Assembly (NCBI RefSeq): GCF_028368995.1
Contig: NZ_JAQNDL010000001.1
Span: 448,001-512,000, forward strand
Origin: Nannocystis bainbridge
GTDB lineage: Bacteria; Myxococcota_A; Polyangia; Nannocystales; Nannocystaceae
Reading direction: 5' to 3'
DNA: 64,000 nt
Positions within the stretch are counted from its first letter, which is position 1. Every line of letters begins with the position of its first letter. The position numbers and the translations under genes were made by a program. Below the pieces are notes generated by a model, which was given only the letters and a program-made list of their open reading frames with translations, had not been told where the DNA came from and ran no database searches. Below are positions 37,331-47,054 of the stretch, piece by piece.

Positions 37331-39763
37331 TCAGGGCTTCGGCGGCGGGGCGAGCCCGGCCCACTCCTGGAGGGCCTGGATGGCCCGGGCGTCGAATTTC
37401 GGCGCGTCGCCGCCGAGCACGGGCTGGCGCACGCACGCGTCGCTGTGCTGGCACAGGTGGGCCGAGAAGAGGTCGGGCAGGATGAGGCCGTCGGCGGCGG
37501 TGCAGCGGCAGCCCGACCCACCGGTCATCTTCGCCGCGCCGTCGCTGCACTTCATGGCCGCGCAGCCGGTCGGGGACGTCGCCTGCGCCCGCGCCTGCAG
37601 CGTGCCGGCGTCGCCGACGGCGACGCCCACCCCCGCGGCGTGCAGGCAGCTCATGAATGCCTGCCCCGAGGCGGTGCTCGGGCCCTCCGCGGGCGGCGTG
37701 AGCCCCGGGGAGGGGGTGAGCCCGCCGCTCTTCGGCAGCGGCTTGTCCGTGCCAGGGCGGCAGGCCATGAACTCGGCGACCGCCGCCGCCGCCGCGCCGC
37801 AGCGACCCGGCCCATCGATCCCCGGCCGGCGGTTGCGCCCGCCCTTGCCCTGCGTCCGCCGCCGCTGCTCGGCCTCGGCCTCCTCGCCGACGAGGTCGAG
37901 GTAGCGCTCGACGTAGCCCCCGCGCAGCGACGCGCGGGTGGCCGCGTGCCCGTCGGCCTCGTTGAAGCGGACCCGCACGTCGCCCTGGGTGAGCTCGGCC
38001 GCGTACATCGCGTTCATCGTATTGGCGACGACGTGCACCGCCTCGTGCTCGAGCGTCGACTGCATCGTGCCGACGTCGGGGTGCACGTCGCGGTCGATGG
38101 TGATCCGATTGGTGGCGTCGTCGGTGATCCCGGCCGCGCCGTGGACATCCTTGCCGGCGATCCGGTCGAGCGACGCGGTCTCGACCGCTCTGGCCGCGGC
38201 CTCGGCCAGGATCTTGCCGTCCTTGGCGACGCGCTCGCGCAGCCCCTGGTAGTAATCCGCGCGCTCCTTGGGGAACTTCGAGCCGTCGATGGCGTGGTTG
38301 AGGCGCTCGCGGGACTCGGCCGCCGAGATGGTGTCCTGCGCGGCCTTGACGACGTACTTCTCGCCCTCCTTGGTGCGCAGCCAGTCGGCCGAGCGCTTGC
38401 GGGCCGTCGCGAAGTCGAGCTCGGTCTCGTCGACGGTGCCGCTGCTGCTCTCGGGGCCCGCCGGTTGGTCGCCGACGGTCCGGGGATCGCCGCAGCCGCC
38501 CTCGCCGTAGAACCCGCGCACCGGCAGGTCCTTGCCCTGCGGCAGCTTGCCGACCTCGAAGCTCTTCTTGCTCATCGCCTGCGCCAGGGTGCAGGCGCTC
38601 GTGGTCATCTGCCACGAGGCGACCACGGCGGCCGTGGCGGCGCAGCTCCCGATCGAGGTGCCCTTGCCGGTCGCGCCGAAGGGCCCGGGCCCACTCCCGC
38701 CGCCGGCGGACGCTCCGCCGCCGCCGCCCCCCTTGCCCTTGCCGCCGCCGCTGCCGCCCGCGCCCGAGCAGTTGCTGGCCCGCAGGGCGTCGCTCTTGAG
38801 GCCGAAGGGCGTGTGGTCGCCGCGGCCGCCCGGCAGCTTCGTCTCGCCCGTCGCGCAGCCGAGCCCGCGGCCGCAGGCCGGGCTGCCGCCGGCCTCGGCC
38901 GTCGCCAGCATCTCCGAGAAGCCGCACGCGCCGGCGCCGATGTTGCGGTCGCGCAGCAGCTCGACGAGGCGCAGGTCGACCACGTCGGCGCGCCGGCCGA
39001 TCATCTCGCCGCGGAGCGGGTCGAACAGGTACACGCTCTGCTTGTCGCCCGCGAGCGCCGCGGCGACCTCGGGGGCGACCGCCTGGGCCCACCGGTGCGC
39101 GGCGTTCGGGCCGGCGTGCTTGGCCAGGTCGACCGTGAGCAGCACGAGGTTGAACACGGCCACGCGAAAGTTGGCGAGGCCCGACTTGCCGAAGCCGTCG
39201 CCCTGCAGGCTCGCCTCGTACTGGCGCAGCGCGTGGCCGAGGATGTCGGTCCAGGCGGCGACCTGCCAGGCGGTGAGGCAGTTGAGCGCGTTCTGGTACT
39301 CGCTCAGCACGAGCATCGCCGCGAGCTCGTCCTTCGTCGCCAGCGCGGCGGCGTAGCGCGCGAAGTGGCGGCCGAGCCCGACCTCGGCCCGGCACTCGGC
39401 GCGGTCGCGCAGCTCGAGCCGCTCGGTCGCCCACGGCCGGTAGCGCGCCGCGCCCTGCAGCAGCGCCGAGAAGTCGAGGCCGGTGACGGCCCGCTGCATC
39501 GCCGCGTCGCCCTGCAGCGCGACCTCGGGCACGGTCCGACGCGCGAGCGAGCGGTAGGTCTTGACGCGCTTCCTGACGGCGTCGGTCATCGGCCTGGCGC
39601 CGGGGAAGCCGCGCAACGACCCGGCGATCTGGCGGTCGAGCGCCTCCATCTGCTGCACCTGTTCGCCCAGGCTCGCCGGCGCCGCCTCGGCGCGCGCGCT
39701 CACGGTCCACGCCAGGAGCAGCGCGACGCCGCTCCACCCACTGCTCGCAATTCGTCGTCGCAT
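37331..39763 (-). CDS. Large secreted hypothetical protein with an HExxH motif
   Basis: GAGGAG RBS, signal peptide ending VSARA, Gly-rich linker, 'RITIDRD...STLEHEAVHVV', Cys-rich tail. Confidence 0.7.
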   Translation of the reverse strand: MRRRIASSGWSGVALLLAWTVSARAEAAPASLGEQVQQMEALDRQIAGSLRGFPGARPMTDAVRKRVKTYRSLARRTVPEVALQGDAAMQRAVTGLDFSALLQGAARYRPWATERLELRDRAECRAEVGLGRHFARYAAALATKDELAAMLVLSEYQNALNCLTAWQVAAWTDILGHALRQYEASLQGDGFGKSGLANFRVAVFNLVLLTVDLAKHAGPNAAHRWAQAVAPEVAAALAGDKQSVYLFDPLRGEMIGRRADVVDLRLVELLRDRNIGAGACGFSEMLATAEAGGSPACGRGLGCATGETKLPGGRGDHTPFGLKSDALRASNCSGAGGSGGGKGKGGGGGGASAGGGSGPGPFGATGKGTSIGSCAATAAVVASWQMTTSACTLAQAMSKKSFEVGKLPQGKDLPVRGFYGEGGCGDPRTVGDQPAGPESSSGTVDETELDFATARKRSADWLRTKEGEKYVVKAAQDTISAAESRERLNHAIDGSKFPKERADYYQGLRERVAKDGKILAEAAARAVETASLDRIAGKDVHGAAGITDDATNRITIDRDVHPDVGTMQSTLEHEAVHVVANTMNAMYAAELTQGDVRVRFNEADGHAATRASLRGGYVERYLDLVGEEAEAEQRRRTQGKGGRNRRPGIDGPGRCGAAAAAVAEFMACRPGTDKPLPKSGGLTPSPGLTPPAEGPSTASGQAFMSCLHAAGVGVAVGDAGTLQARAQATSPTGCAAMKCSDGAAKMTGGSGCRCTAADGLILPDLFSAHLCQHSDACVRQPVLGGDAPKFDARAIQALQEWAGLAPPPKP

Positions 39764-39833
39764 GTCGACTCCTCGACCCGCTCGGGGGCCGCCGCGACAA
39801 CGTCGATTCGCCGCCGTCTTCCCGCGGTCGGGT

Positions 39834-39872
39834 AAAAAAATCGCCGGCGCGGGGGCCACGGCGCGCCGGCGA
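39834..39872 (-). terminator. Intrinsic terminator-like hairpin
   Basis: Minus strand: TCGCCGGCGCG-10 nt loop-CGCGCCGGCGA followed by T7. Confidence 0.7.
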
Positions 39873-40123
39873 GCCGAATCGCGCAGACGCGAGGCGTGGC
39901 ATGCACGAATCCGGGTGTGCATATTCACCGTCGCGGGCCCGCCGCGCCGCGGAATCGCGCGCGGGCGATGGCGGCGGTGGTGTGGCGGCCGTCGCCGGCC
40001 GCGAGTCAATGCGTGGACCGACTCGGTGCATCCTCCCGTGCGCTCAAGGCGCTGGAGAGCGGATGGCGTCGCGCCTCCGCCCACGTCTACGTGGTCGGAT
40101 GACAGGACGAATCTCTGCCCCGC

Positions 40124-41359
40124 TCACTGCTGCACGCAGTAGAGCGCCGATTTCCACGAGCATTTTCCGCTCGTGCACCACTTCGTCCAGCTTTGGTTGA
40201 CCGCGTCGGCGTGGCCCCAGTACGCATTCGCGGTCTCCGACTGCCAATTCTCGCACGTGTCGTGGATCCACGACAGCGTGCCGTCGGCGGAGGTCCCGGT
40301 GTAGACGGTGGCATAACCACCACCGGCGCAGATGGTGTCGCCGATCGGCGCCGGGCCGCCGAGCTCGGTGACATTGATGGGAGCGTCGAGCGAATTGTCG
40401 GTGAGGTCGGCCCAGTCGTCGGCGACCTTGGTGCCGTTGGGCAGCACGTAGGGCACGTCGGCGTGGGTCATGCGCGAGGCGGGCGAGGCGGCGACGTCGC
40501 TGAGCCACGCCAGGTAGGTCCCTGGCAAACCGGCGGCGTCGGCGAGCTGCTGGCACCTGGCGTCGCCGCCGGCGAGGCCGCCGAGGTTGCCGGTGTACAT
40601 CTGGCTGGTGACGAAGACGAGCTTCTGCGCCGCGGTGACGCTGCAGTCGCTCTCGCAGCCGTCGCCATCGGCCCCGTTGCCGTCGTCGCACGCCTCGGCG
40701 CCGGCCCAGACCAGGCCGTCGCCGCACTCGGCGTGTTTGCAGGCGATGGTGCACGCGTCGGTGTCGACCGCGTTGGCGTCGTCGCAGTCCTCGGCGCCGT
40801 CGCGGACCTGGCCGTCGCCGCAGCTCGCGGCCTTGCAGGTGGACAGGCACGCGTCGGTGTCGTCCATGTCGCCGTCGTCGCAGTCCTCGCCGGGCTGGAC
40901 GAGGCCGTCGCCGCAGCTCGCGGGGGCGCACAGGTTGCTGCACGCGTCGTCGTCGATCGCATTGCCATCGTCGCACTGCTCGCCCGGGCCGAGGAGGCCG
41001 TCGCCGCAGGTCGCGTGCTCGCAGGCGCTGGTGCAGGCGTCCGTGTCGTCGGCGTTGCCGTCGTCGCACGCTTCGCCGTCGTCGAGTTTGCCGTCGCCGC
41101 AGACCGGGCTGGCGGGGTCAGGGGTCGAGGTGGAGGTGAACGGGTCGCCCGTCGTCGGGCTCTCCGGGTCGGTGTCGATCCCCGAGGTCGCGGTCGGCAC
41201 GCCCGTCGAGCTCGTCGTGGTCGACGTCGTGGCGGTGGCCTCGGTCGTCGTGGTCGACGGAGAGAGACCCTCGGTGCCCGCATCGCCGTCTCCGCAGGCC
41301 CCGCTGACGGCCAGGAGCATCACGCCGCCGAGCGCCACACCGCTCCGGTGTCTCTGCAT
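40124..41359 (-). CDS. Lipoprotein with DUF4215 repeats and a C-terminal DUF1554 (endostatin-like) domain
   Basis: VSGAC lipobox, five CGDG..E.CDD repeats, '[26 protein letters not shown]...YLAWLS'. Alternative start 41419. Confidence 0.85.
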   Translation of the reverse strand: MQRHRSGVALGGVMLLAVSGACGDGDAGTEGLSPSTTTTEATATTSTTTSSTGVPTATSGIDTDPESPTTGDPFTSTSTPDPASPVCGDGKLDDGEACDDGNADDTDACTSACEHATCGDGLLGPGEQCDDGNAIDDDACSNLCAPASCGDGLVQPGEDCDDGDMDDTDACLSTCKAASCGDGQVRDGAEDCDDANAVDTDACTIACKHAECGDGLVWAGAEACDDGNGADGDGCESDCSVTAAQKLVFVTSQMYTGNLGGLAGGDARCQQLADAAGLPGTYLAWLSDVAASPASRMTHADVPYVLPNGTKVADDWADLTDNSLDAPINVTELGGPAPIGDTICAGGGYATVYTGTSADGTLSWIHDTCENWQSETANAYWGHADAVNQSWTKWCTSGKCSWKSALYCVQQ

Positions 41360-41566
41360 TCGCGGAGCAGAGGGCGATGCGACGAGGGCAAACGAGCGAA
41401 GGAGGAAGTTGCTGGACATGGTGGGCTGCAGGACACCCGGGCTGTCCGTGATCGCACGGCTCCGGGGTGGTGAGAAAGGATGGACGAGCCACGCGCCGGA
41501 CGGGCGCTCACCGCAAGGACGCAGCGAGGAGCCCGACCGTCTCACGAAATCTTTGGGCGCCCTGAC

Positions 41567-42457
41567 CTACGGCCCCGGGTCGTCCCCGCCGCGGGTCTGG
41601 CGGAGCAGCCCAGGCAGCGTCCCGTAGAGGTTCGAGGCGACCAGCCGCATCAGCTGGCCGAGCTCCTCGGCCGGCAGACCGAGGGAAGTCATCAGGCGCG
41701 TGCGGGTCCGCTTCACGAGGTCGCCCCGGGCCTCGGCGAGCCAGCGCGCCGCCGTCGCGCGCGACACCCGGTAGAACGCGCCGATCTCCTCGAGCGTGAG
41801 CTGATCGTGGATCTGCAGCCGGAGCAGCGTGCGACCCCGCTTGCTGAGGTCGGCGAGGGCGGCCGCGAACGCCCGCTTGAACGCGTCGCGGTAGCTGGCC
41901 TTGAGGAACGCGAGCGCCTGGTCGTCGCCCTCGTCGGCGATCGCCTCGAGCGTCTCGTCCTCGACGGCGAGCTCCTGGCGCTTGCGCCCGAGGCTGATCG
42001 CGGTGCGCACGGCGCAGATCCGCAGCCACGCCGCCAGCGCGCCTCGCCCTCCGTAGCCCGCGAGCTTGCGCGACTCGCCGACGACGAGCTTCATCAGCAG
42101 CTCCTGCACGAGGTCCTCGACCGAAAAACGACCGCCGAGCCGGGCGACCACGTGGGTGGCCGTGGCGCGGGTCATGCGCTCGAGGATCGCCAGCGCCGGC
42201 TTGTCACCCGCGAGGCACGCGCCCACGAGGTACACGTCGGACGCGGCGAGCTCGGCGAACGCGGCGACGAGGTCGGGCTCGCCGTCGAGTCGCGGCGCGA
42301 GGGCGCTTGACCAGTGCTCGTCGCGGATCGCCAGCTCCGGCCACTTCGCGCGCGTGGCCGCTGTGGCGGCCTCGAGCTGAGCGGCGAGCTCGGCGACGTC
42401 CGTGGCAGCGAGCGTGTGCCCGGTGCGCGCGGCGAGCTGCAGGGCGAGCGCGTGCAT
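41567..42457 (-). CDS. Myxobacterial sigma-70-family factor (TIGR03001-like)
   Basis: DVYLVGACLAGD; YGGRGALAAWLRI; LTLEEIGAFYRVSRATAARW; paralogue of 14436..15323. Confidence 0.85.
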   Translation of the reverse strand: MHALALQLAARTGHTLAATDVAELAAQLEAATAATRAKWPELAIRDEHWSSALAPRLDGEPDLVAAFAELAASDVYLVGACLAGDKPALAILERMTRATATHVVARLGGRFSVEDLVQELLMKLVVGESRKLAGYGGRGALAAWLRICAVRTAISLGRKRQELAVEDETLEAIADEGDDQALAFLKASYRDAFKRAFAAALADLSKRGRTLLRLQIHDQLTLEEIGAFYRVSRATAARWLAEARGDLVKRTRTRLMTSLGLPAEELGQLMRLVASNLYGTLPGLLRQTRGGDDPGP

Positions 42458-42459
42458 CG

Positions 42460-45249
42460 TCAACCCGACCACCGCTGGAGCTGCTCGTGAAGGACGGCGC
42501 GCATCGCCGCGTAGGGCTCGTCCTCGCGGTCGCCGAGCGCCGCCATCGCCTTGCCCGCGAGCGCGACGGCGCGACGGCGATCGCCGCCGCGTGCCTCGAT
42601 GTCGGCCAGGATCCCCCACGCCATGGCGCGCTCCGGCGGCTCGACGTGCGCGCGCGTCCAGGCGGCGAGCGCCTGCTCGGCGGCGCTCCGCGCCTCGGCG
42701 TCACGGCCGACGTCGGACAGGCACGTGGCGAGGTTGACGTACCCGAGCGCTTGCTGGTCGGGCGGCTCCGCGGCGCGCAGCGAGAGGGCCAGCGCGCGCT
42801 CGTAGTGGGGGATCGCGGCCGAGCAGCGCTCTCGCTCCTGCTCGACCAGGCCGAGTTGATTCTCCAGCTGGGACTGCAGCCCCGGCTCGTCGAGGCGAGT
42901 ACCCGCGAGCGTAGCGAGCGCTCGCTCGGCCAGCCGCTGGGCGCGCTCGAGGTCGCCCCACCTCGACGCCAGATCGGCCAACGCGGTGTCCGCCACCACG
43001 ACCTCGAACGAAGCCTCGCCATGGACGGCGGCGAAGATCTTCCGCGTGCGATCGAAGTGACGCTCGGCGTCCTCGAGCTCGCCGCTCGCGCGCTCGAGAC
43101 GCGCCAGGTCGTGCAGCGTCTGGCCGACCGTGGGATGCATGGGCCCGAGCGCGGCCTCCTCGATCTCGAGCGCACGCCGGAGCTCGGCCGCCCCCTCGGC
43201 GATCCGATCGAGCCTGCCGAGCGCCGTGCCGAGCGCAGCGACGGCGCTGGCGAGGGCGACGCGACGCGACGGATCGCGCCCGGCCGCGAGCTCGAGCCGC
43301 GCGATGCCCCGGCGATAATGCACGATCGCCTCGTCGGTCCGCCCGAGCTGGAGCAGGGCATCGGCGCGCAACAGCTCGATGCCCTCGCTGCGAGGCAAGC
43401 CCCGCGCTGCGAACGCCTCGACGGCGTCGCAGACGACGAGGGCATCGGCGGCGCGATGATCGTCGATCAGGACCAGGGCCTCGAGCATCAGCGCCGCCAC
43501 CAGGAGGTCGTCCTCTCGCGCGTGGCTCGCCGCGCGGGCTGCCGCCCTCGCGTGGTCGCGCGCTGCGGTGCGCGCGTGGGCATCGAGCTCGATCCGCGCG
43601 ACCGCCAGCAGGGCCGCGGCCCTCGGCCCTGGCGAGGTCGTGCGCTCGGCTTGCGCGAGCACCTCGGGCGCGTGCACCAACGCCTCCTCCCAGCGCCCCG
43701 ACCGCTGGAGCGCGTCGATCTTCGCGGTGGACGCGAGCAGCGAGGCCGACCCCGGCGAGGTCGTGTCACGAGCGTCGACGCACTCGGCCGGGCTCGGCAA
43801 AGCGGCGACGGCGGCGGTCGCATGATCGACGACGCTGGCGTCGGCCTGCTCCCACACCGCCAGCTGGGCGCGGAGCTCTCCGAGCTGTCGGTCGAGGCAG
43901 CTCGACCGCGCCGCGCGGGCCGGCCCGGCCACGCAGGCCGATCGTCGCAGGAGCCGCCACGCGTCGCTCCACTGCCCGATCTGCGCGGTGATCGCGGTGA
44001 TCGTCGCTGCGCTGCGCTCGGGCGCGGCCGCGGTGAACCGCCGCGCCAGGGTCGCCTGCGCCTCCGCGTGCCACACGGTATCGACGAGGTCATCACCGCA
44101 CGGCGCTTCAGGTCGCGCGAGGGGAGCGAGCAGCCCCACGCCGATCGCCCCCGCCACGATCGCGGCCGCGGCCGTCGAGATCACCCTGCGACGCGTGCGA
44201 CGAACGCCCCGCTCGAGCGCGTCGAGCATGGTCGCCAGATCGGGCCACCGCCGCGCCGGGTCGACGGCGAGGCCGCGTCGCACGGCGCGATCGAGCCACG
44301 CGGGGATCCGTCGCGCACCACGGCGGATCCGTCCGCCCGCCATCTCGCGCCACATCGCCTCGGGCGAGCTGCCCGCGAACGGGTGGCTGTCATGCAGCGC
44401 CTCGTACAGGGTGATCGCAAACGCGTATTGATCGGTGCGCGCGTCGTGACCACGAACCACGGGCGTGCCCGTCTCTCCCGCTGACGGCAGGAGCATGCCG
44501 GTCAGCTCGGGCGCGAGATAGGCGGGGGTCCCGGTGAGCGCGCCGGTCGTGGCATGGAGGGCGTAGACCGGGACGGGCAGCCCCGTGCTCATCGGCGCGT
44601 CGATCGGGCGCGCCAGCCCGAAGTCGGCCACGCGAGGGCGTCCCTCCCGATCGACGAGGATGTTCTCGGGCTTGAAGTCGCGGTGCAGGAGCCCTCCGGC
44701 GTGGGCGGCCGCGAGGCCACGACCGGCGGCGGCGACGACCTGCACGATCTCTCGCCAGCCCCGCGCTCGCTCGCGCAACCAGGCCCGCAGGGTCGCGCCT
44801 TCGATCCATTCCATGACGAGGAAGGTCTCGCCTCTCACGTCGACGATCTCGTGCACCGCGACGACGTTCGGGTGCTGGAGCTGCGCCGCGGCGCGGGCCT
44901 CACGGATGAGATACGCGCGGCCGCCCGCGACCTCGGCGACCCTGGCGTGCAGGCGCTTCAGCGCGACCGGCCGCGCGAGCTCGAGATCGTCGCCCCGGAA
45001 CACCTCGCCCATGGCTCCGCGCCCGATCGCCGCGCGGACCTGATAGCGGCCGATCTGCGCGCCGACGAGGCTGCGGGCTCCCTCGTGCGCCGGGCTCGAG
45101 TGCAGGCGGATCATGGCCGCCAGCAGCCGCCGACACGACGCGCACTCGTCGACGTGGTCCTCGATCTCGAGTCGCGCAGGCTCCGCGAGCGTGGCGCCCA
45201 CGAAGGCCTGCGCGCGCTGCTCGTCGATGCACCCCGCGGGCACGGGCAT
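42460..45249 (-). CDS. Ser/Thr kinase with N-terminal zf-HC2-like finger, TM helix and TPRs
   Basis: DHVDECASC; GRGAMGEVF; HRDFKPEN; DFG; GTPAYLAPE. Confidence 0.92.
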   Translation of the reverse strand: MPVPAGCIDEQRAQAFVGATLAEPARLEIEDHVDECASCRRLLAAMIRLHSSPAHEGARSLVGAQIGRYQVRAAIGRGAMGEVFRGDDLELARPVALKRLHARVAEVAGGRAYLIREARAAAQLQHPNVVAVHEIVDVRGETFLVMEWIEGATLRAWLRERARGWREIVQVVAAAGRGLAAAHAGGLLHRDFKPENILVDREGRPRVADFGLARPIDAPMSTGLPVPVYALHATTGALTGTPAYLAPELTGMLLPSAGETGTPVVRGHDARTDQYAFAITLYEALHDSHPFAGSSPEAMWREMAGGRIRRGARRIPAWLDRAVRRGLAVDPARRWPDLATMLDALERGVRRTRRRVISTAAAAIVAGAIGVGLLAPLARPEAPCGDDLVDTVWHAEAQATLARRFTAAAPERSAATITAITAQIGQWSDAWRLLRRSACVAGPARAARSSCLDRQLGELRAQLAVWEQADASVVDHATAAVAALPSPAECVDARDTTSPGSASLLASTAKIDALQRSGRWEEALVHAPEVLAQAERTTSPGPRAAALLAVARIELDAHARTAARDHARAAARAASHAREDDLLVAALMLEALVLIDDHRAADALVVCDAVEAFAARGLPRSEGIELLRADALLQLGRTDEAIVHYRRGIARLELAAGRDPSRRVALASAVAALGTALGRLDRIAEGAAELRRALEIEEAALGPMHPTVGQTLHDLARLERASGELEDAERHFDRTRKIFAAVHGEASFEVVVADTALADLASRWGDLERAQRLAERALATLAGTRLDEPGLQSQLENQLGLVEQERERCSAAIPHYERALALSLRAAEPPDQQALGYVNLATCLSDVGRDAEARSAAEQALAAWTRAHVEPPERAMAWGILADIEARGGDRRRAVALAGKAMAALGDREDEPYAAMRAVLHEQLQRWSG

Positions 45250-45453
45250 ACCTATACCGAGGCCGCGCGAGGTCGACCATCGCTACCTCGCGCGCCGAAG
45301 GGTCCGCTCGCGGGACCGCTTCCAGCGGTGCGCGTGCTCGGGCAGTTCCCTCACGCCTCCCGGGCGCCCGCGGCCGCTCCGACGAACCCCGGCCGCATGC
45401 TCCGGCCTCCACGAGGCGAGCATGGAGCTCGGCAGGCGGCGCCGGTGGGTGCA

Positions 45454-45689
45454 CCCCACGGGCGGTGAGGCCGAGGCGATCCCCGCCTGCTCGCGCGAGG
45501 CCGGCCGCGCCCAGCCTCGACTTCGGCGCATCGCGCGTGAGCCCGCGTCGTGCGGCCCTCACCGATCTTTTCATGTTACCTCGAATTGAAACCCCCGCCG
45601 CTCCGACCCCGCGGTCGACGTGCCGAACCACGACGTCGGCGCGCGACCACGCCATGCTCCCTCATCCCTTCTCTCCTCTGCACCGTCGC
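45454..45689 (+). repeat. Copy 1 of a degenerate direct duplication (about 240 bp)
   Basis: Shares blocks such as CCGATCTTTT, GAATTGAAAC, GTGCCGAACCACGA.GTCGGCGCGCGACCA and CTCTCCTCTGCACCGTCGC with 46803..47054. Confidence 0.85.
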
Positions 45690-45837
45690 ATCGACGAAAT
45701 TCTCCCTTAGACCCGCTCGAGCGCCGCGCTACCCTTCGCGGGTGGCGCGTCGTCACGCCTTCGTCGTTCAGCACAATCGTGGTCACGGCGCGCGCGCATA
45801 CCCGCGTGGCAGCGAAAGAAGAGAGAGAGAATCACGC

Positions 45838-46722
45838 ATGACACACAAAGCGACTGTCTCCATTCTCGGCTTGGGTCAAATGGGCGCCGCCCTGGCGCGC
45901 GCCTACATCGACGCTGGTCATCCAGTCACCGTATGGAACCGGAGCCCTGGCAAAGCGGAGCCGTTTCAGGGCCGGGCGAGCGTGGCCGCGACGCCCGAGC
46001 AGGCGTGCGGCGCGAGCGACCTGACGATCCTCTCGCTGGCTGATTACGCGGCGTGCGACCAGGTCCTCCGCACGCCCCTCGTGGCGGCGGCCGCGAAGGG
46101 CCGCACGCTGGTCCAGCTGACGAGCGGCACGCCAAGCGACGCCCGCAGCGGGGCCACGTGGGCCGCGAGCCTCGGGATCGACTACCTCGACGGTTGCATC
46201 CTGGCGTACCCCAGCTACATCGGCGGTGAGGGGACGGCGGTGTTCTACTCCGGCCCCAGGGACCTTTACGAGCGCCACCAGTCGACGCTGCGGGTCATCG
46301 GCGGCGCCACCTCGCACGTCGGCGAGCCGATCGGGGCCGCGGCAGCGCTCGACTGCGCCCTGCTGGGCAGCTACTACGGCGCCACCCTGGCGGTCCTGCA
46401 GGGCGCGGCGATCTGCGCGTCGGAGGAGTTCCCGCTCGACGCTTACTTCGAGAAGTTCCAGGCGATCATGCCGCTCATCTCGATCACCGCCGACATGTGC
46501 AAGAAGATGCTGTCCACCGGCAACTTCAAGGGCACCGATTGCACGCTGGACATTCATACGAACGCCCTCCGCCACATCGTGCGCCTCAACCGGGAGAACG
46601 ACCTCGACGGGCGGCTCCCCGAGCTGGCCCTGACCTACTTCGAACGGGCGTTGCAGCTCGGTCACGGCACCGATGAAATGGCCGCCGTGTTCAACGCGCT
46701 CCAGGGCTCGACCCGGCGCTGA
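45838..46722 (+). CDS. NAD(P)H-dependent imine reductase-like oxidoreductase
   Basis: GLGQMG, VWNRSPGK, LVQLTSGTP, YLDGCILAYP, AALDCALL. Confidence 0.85.
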   Translation: MTHKATVSILGLGQMGAALARAYIDAGHPVTVWNRSPGKAEPFQGRASVAATPEQACGASDLTILSLADYAACDQVLRTPLVAAAAKGRTLVQLTSGTPSDARSGATWAASLGIDYLDGCILAYPSYIGGEGTAVFYSGPRDLYERHQSTLRVIGGATSHVGEPIGAAAALDCALLGSYYGATLAVLQGAAICASEEFPLDAYFEKFQAIMPLISITADMCKKMLSTGNFKGTDCTLDIHTNALRHIVRLNRENDLDGRLPELALTYFERALQLGHGTDEMAAVFNALQGSTRR

Positions 46723-46802
46723 TCGATCCTGAGCGCCGTGCCCCGCGGGCGCGCCACACCGATACGCCCGCCGGGGCCCGGCTCACGATCGCTGCCGGGC
46801 CT

Positions 46803-47054
46803 CCCCACGGCGGCGAGCCCCGCCTGCTGCGCGAGCCCGGCCTCGACTTCGCAGATCCGGCGCGAGCCCGCGTCGTCCGGCCCTCGCACCCGCCCTCGCA
46901 GACCCCGCGCCGATCTTTTTCACGTCCTGGTGAATTGAAACGCCCGCCGTCTCCGACTCCGCGGTCGAGGTGCCGAACCACGAGGTCGGCGCGCGACCAT
47001 GCTCTTCACGAAATCACCCTCATCCCTCCTATCCTCTCTCCTCTGCACCGTCGC
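46803..47054 (+). repeat. Copy 2 of the duplication (upstream region and signal-peptide codons of the hydrolase)
   Basis: Aligns by eye with 45454..45689. Confidence 0.85.
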
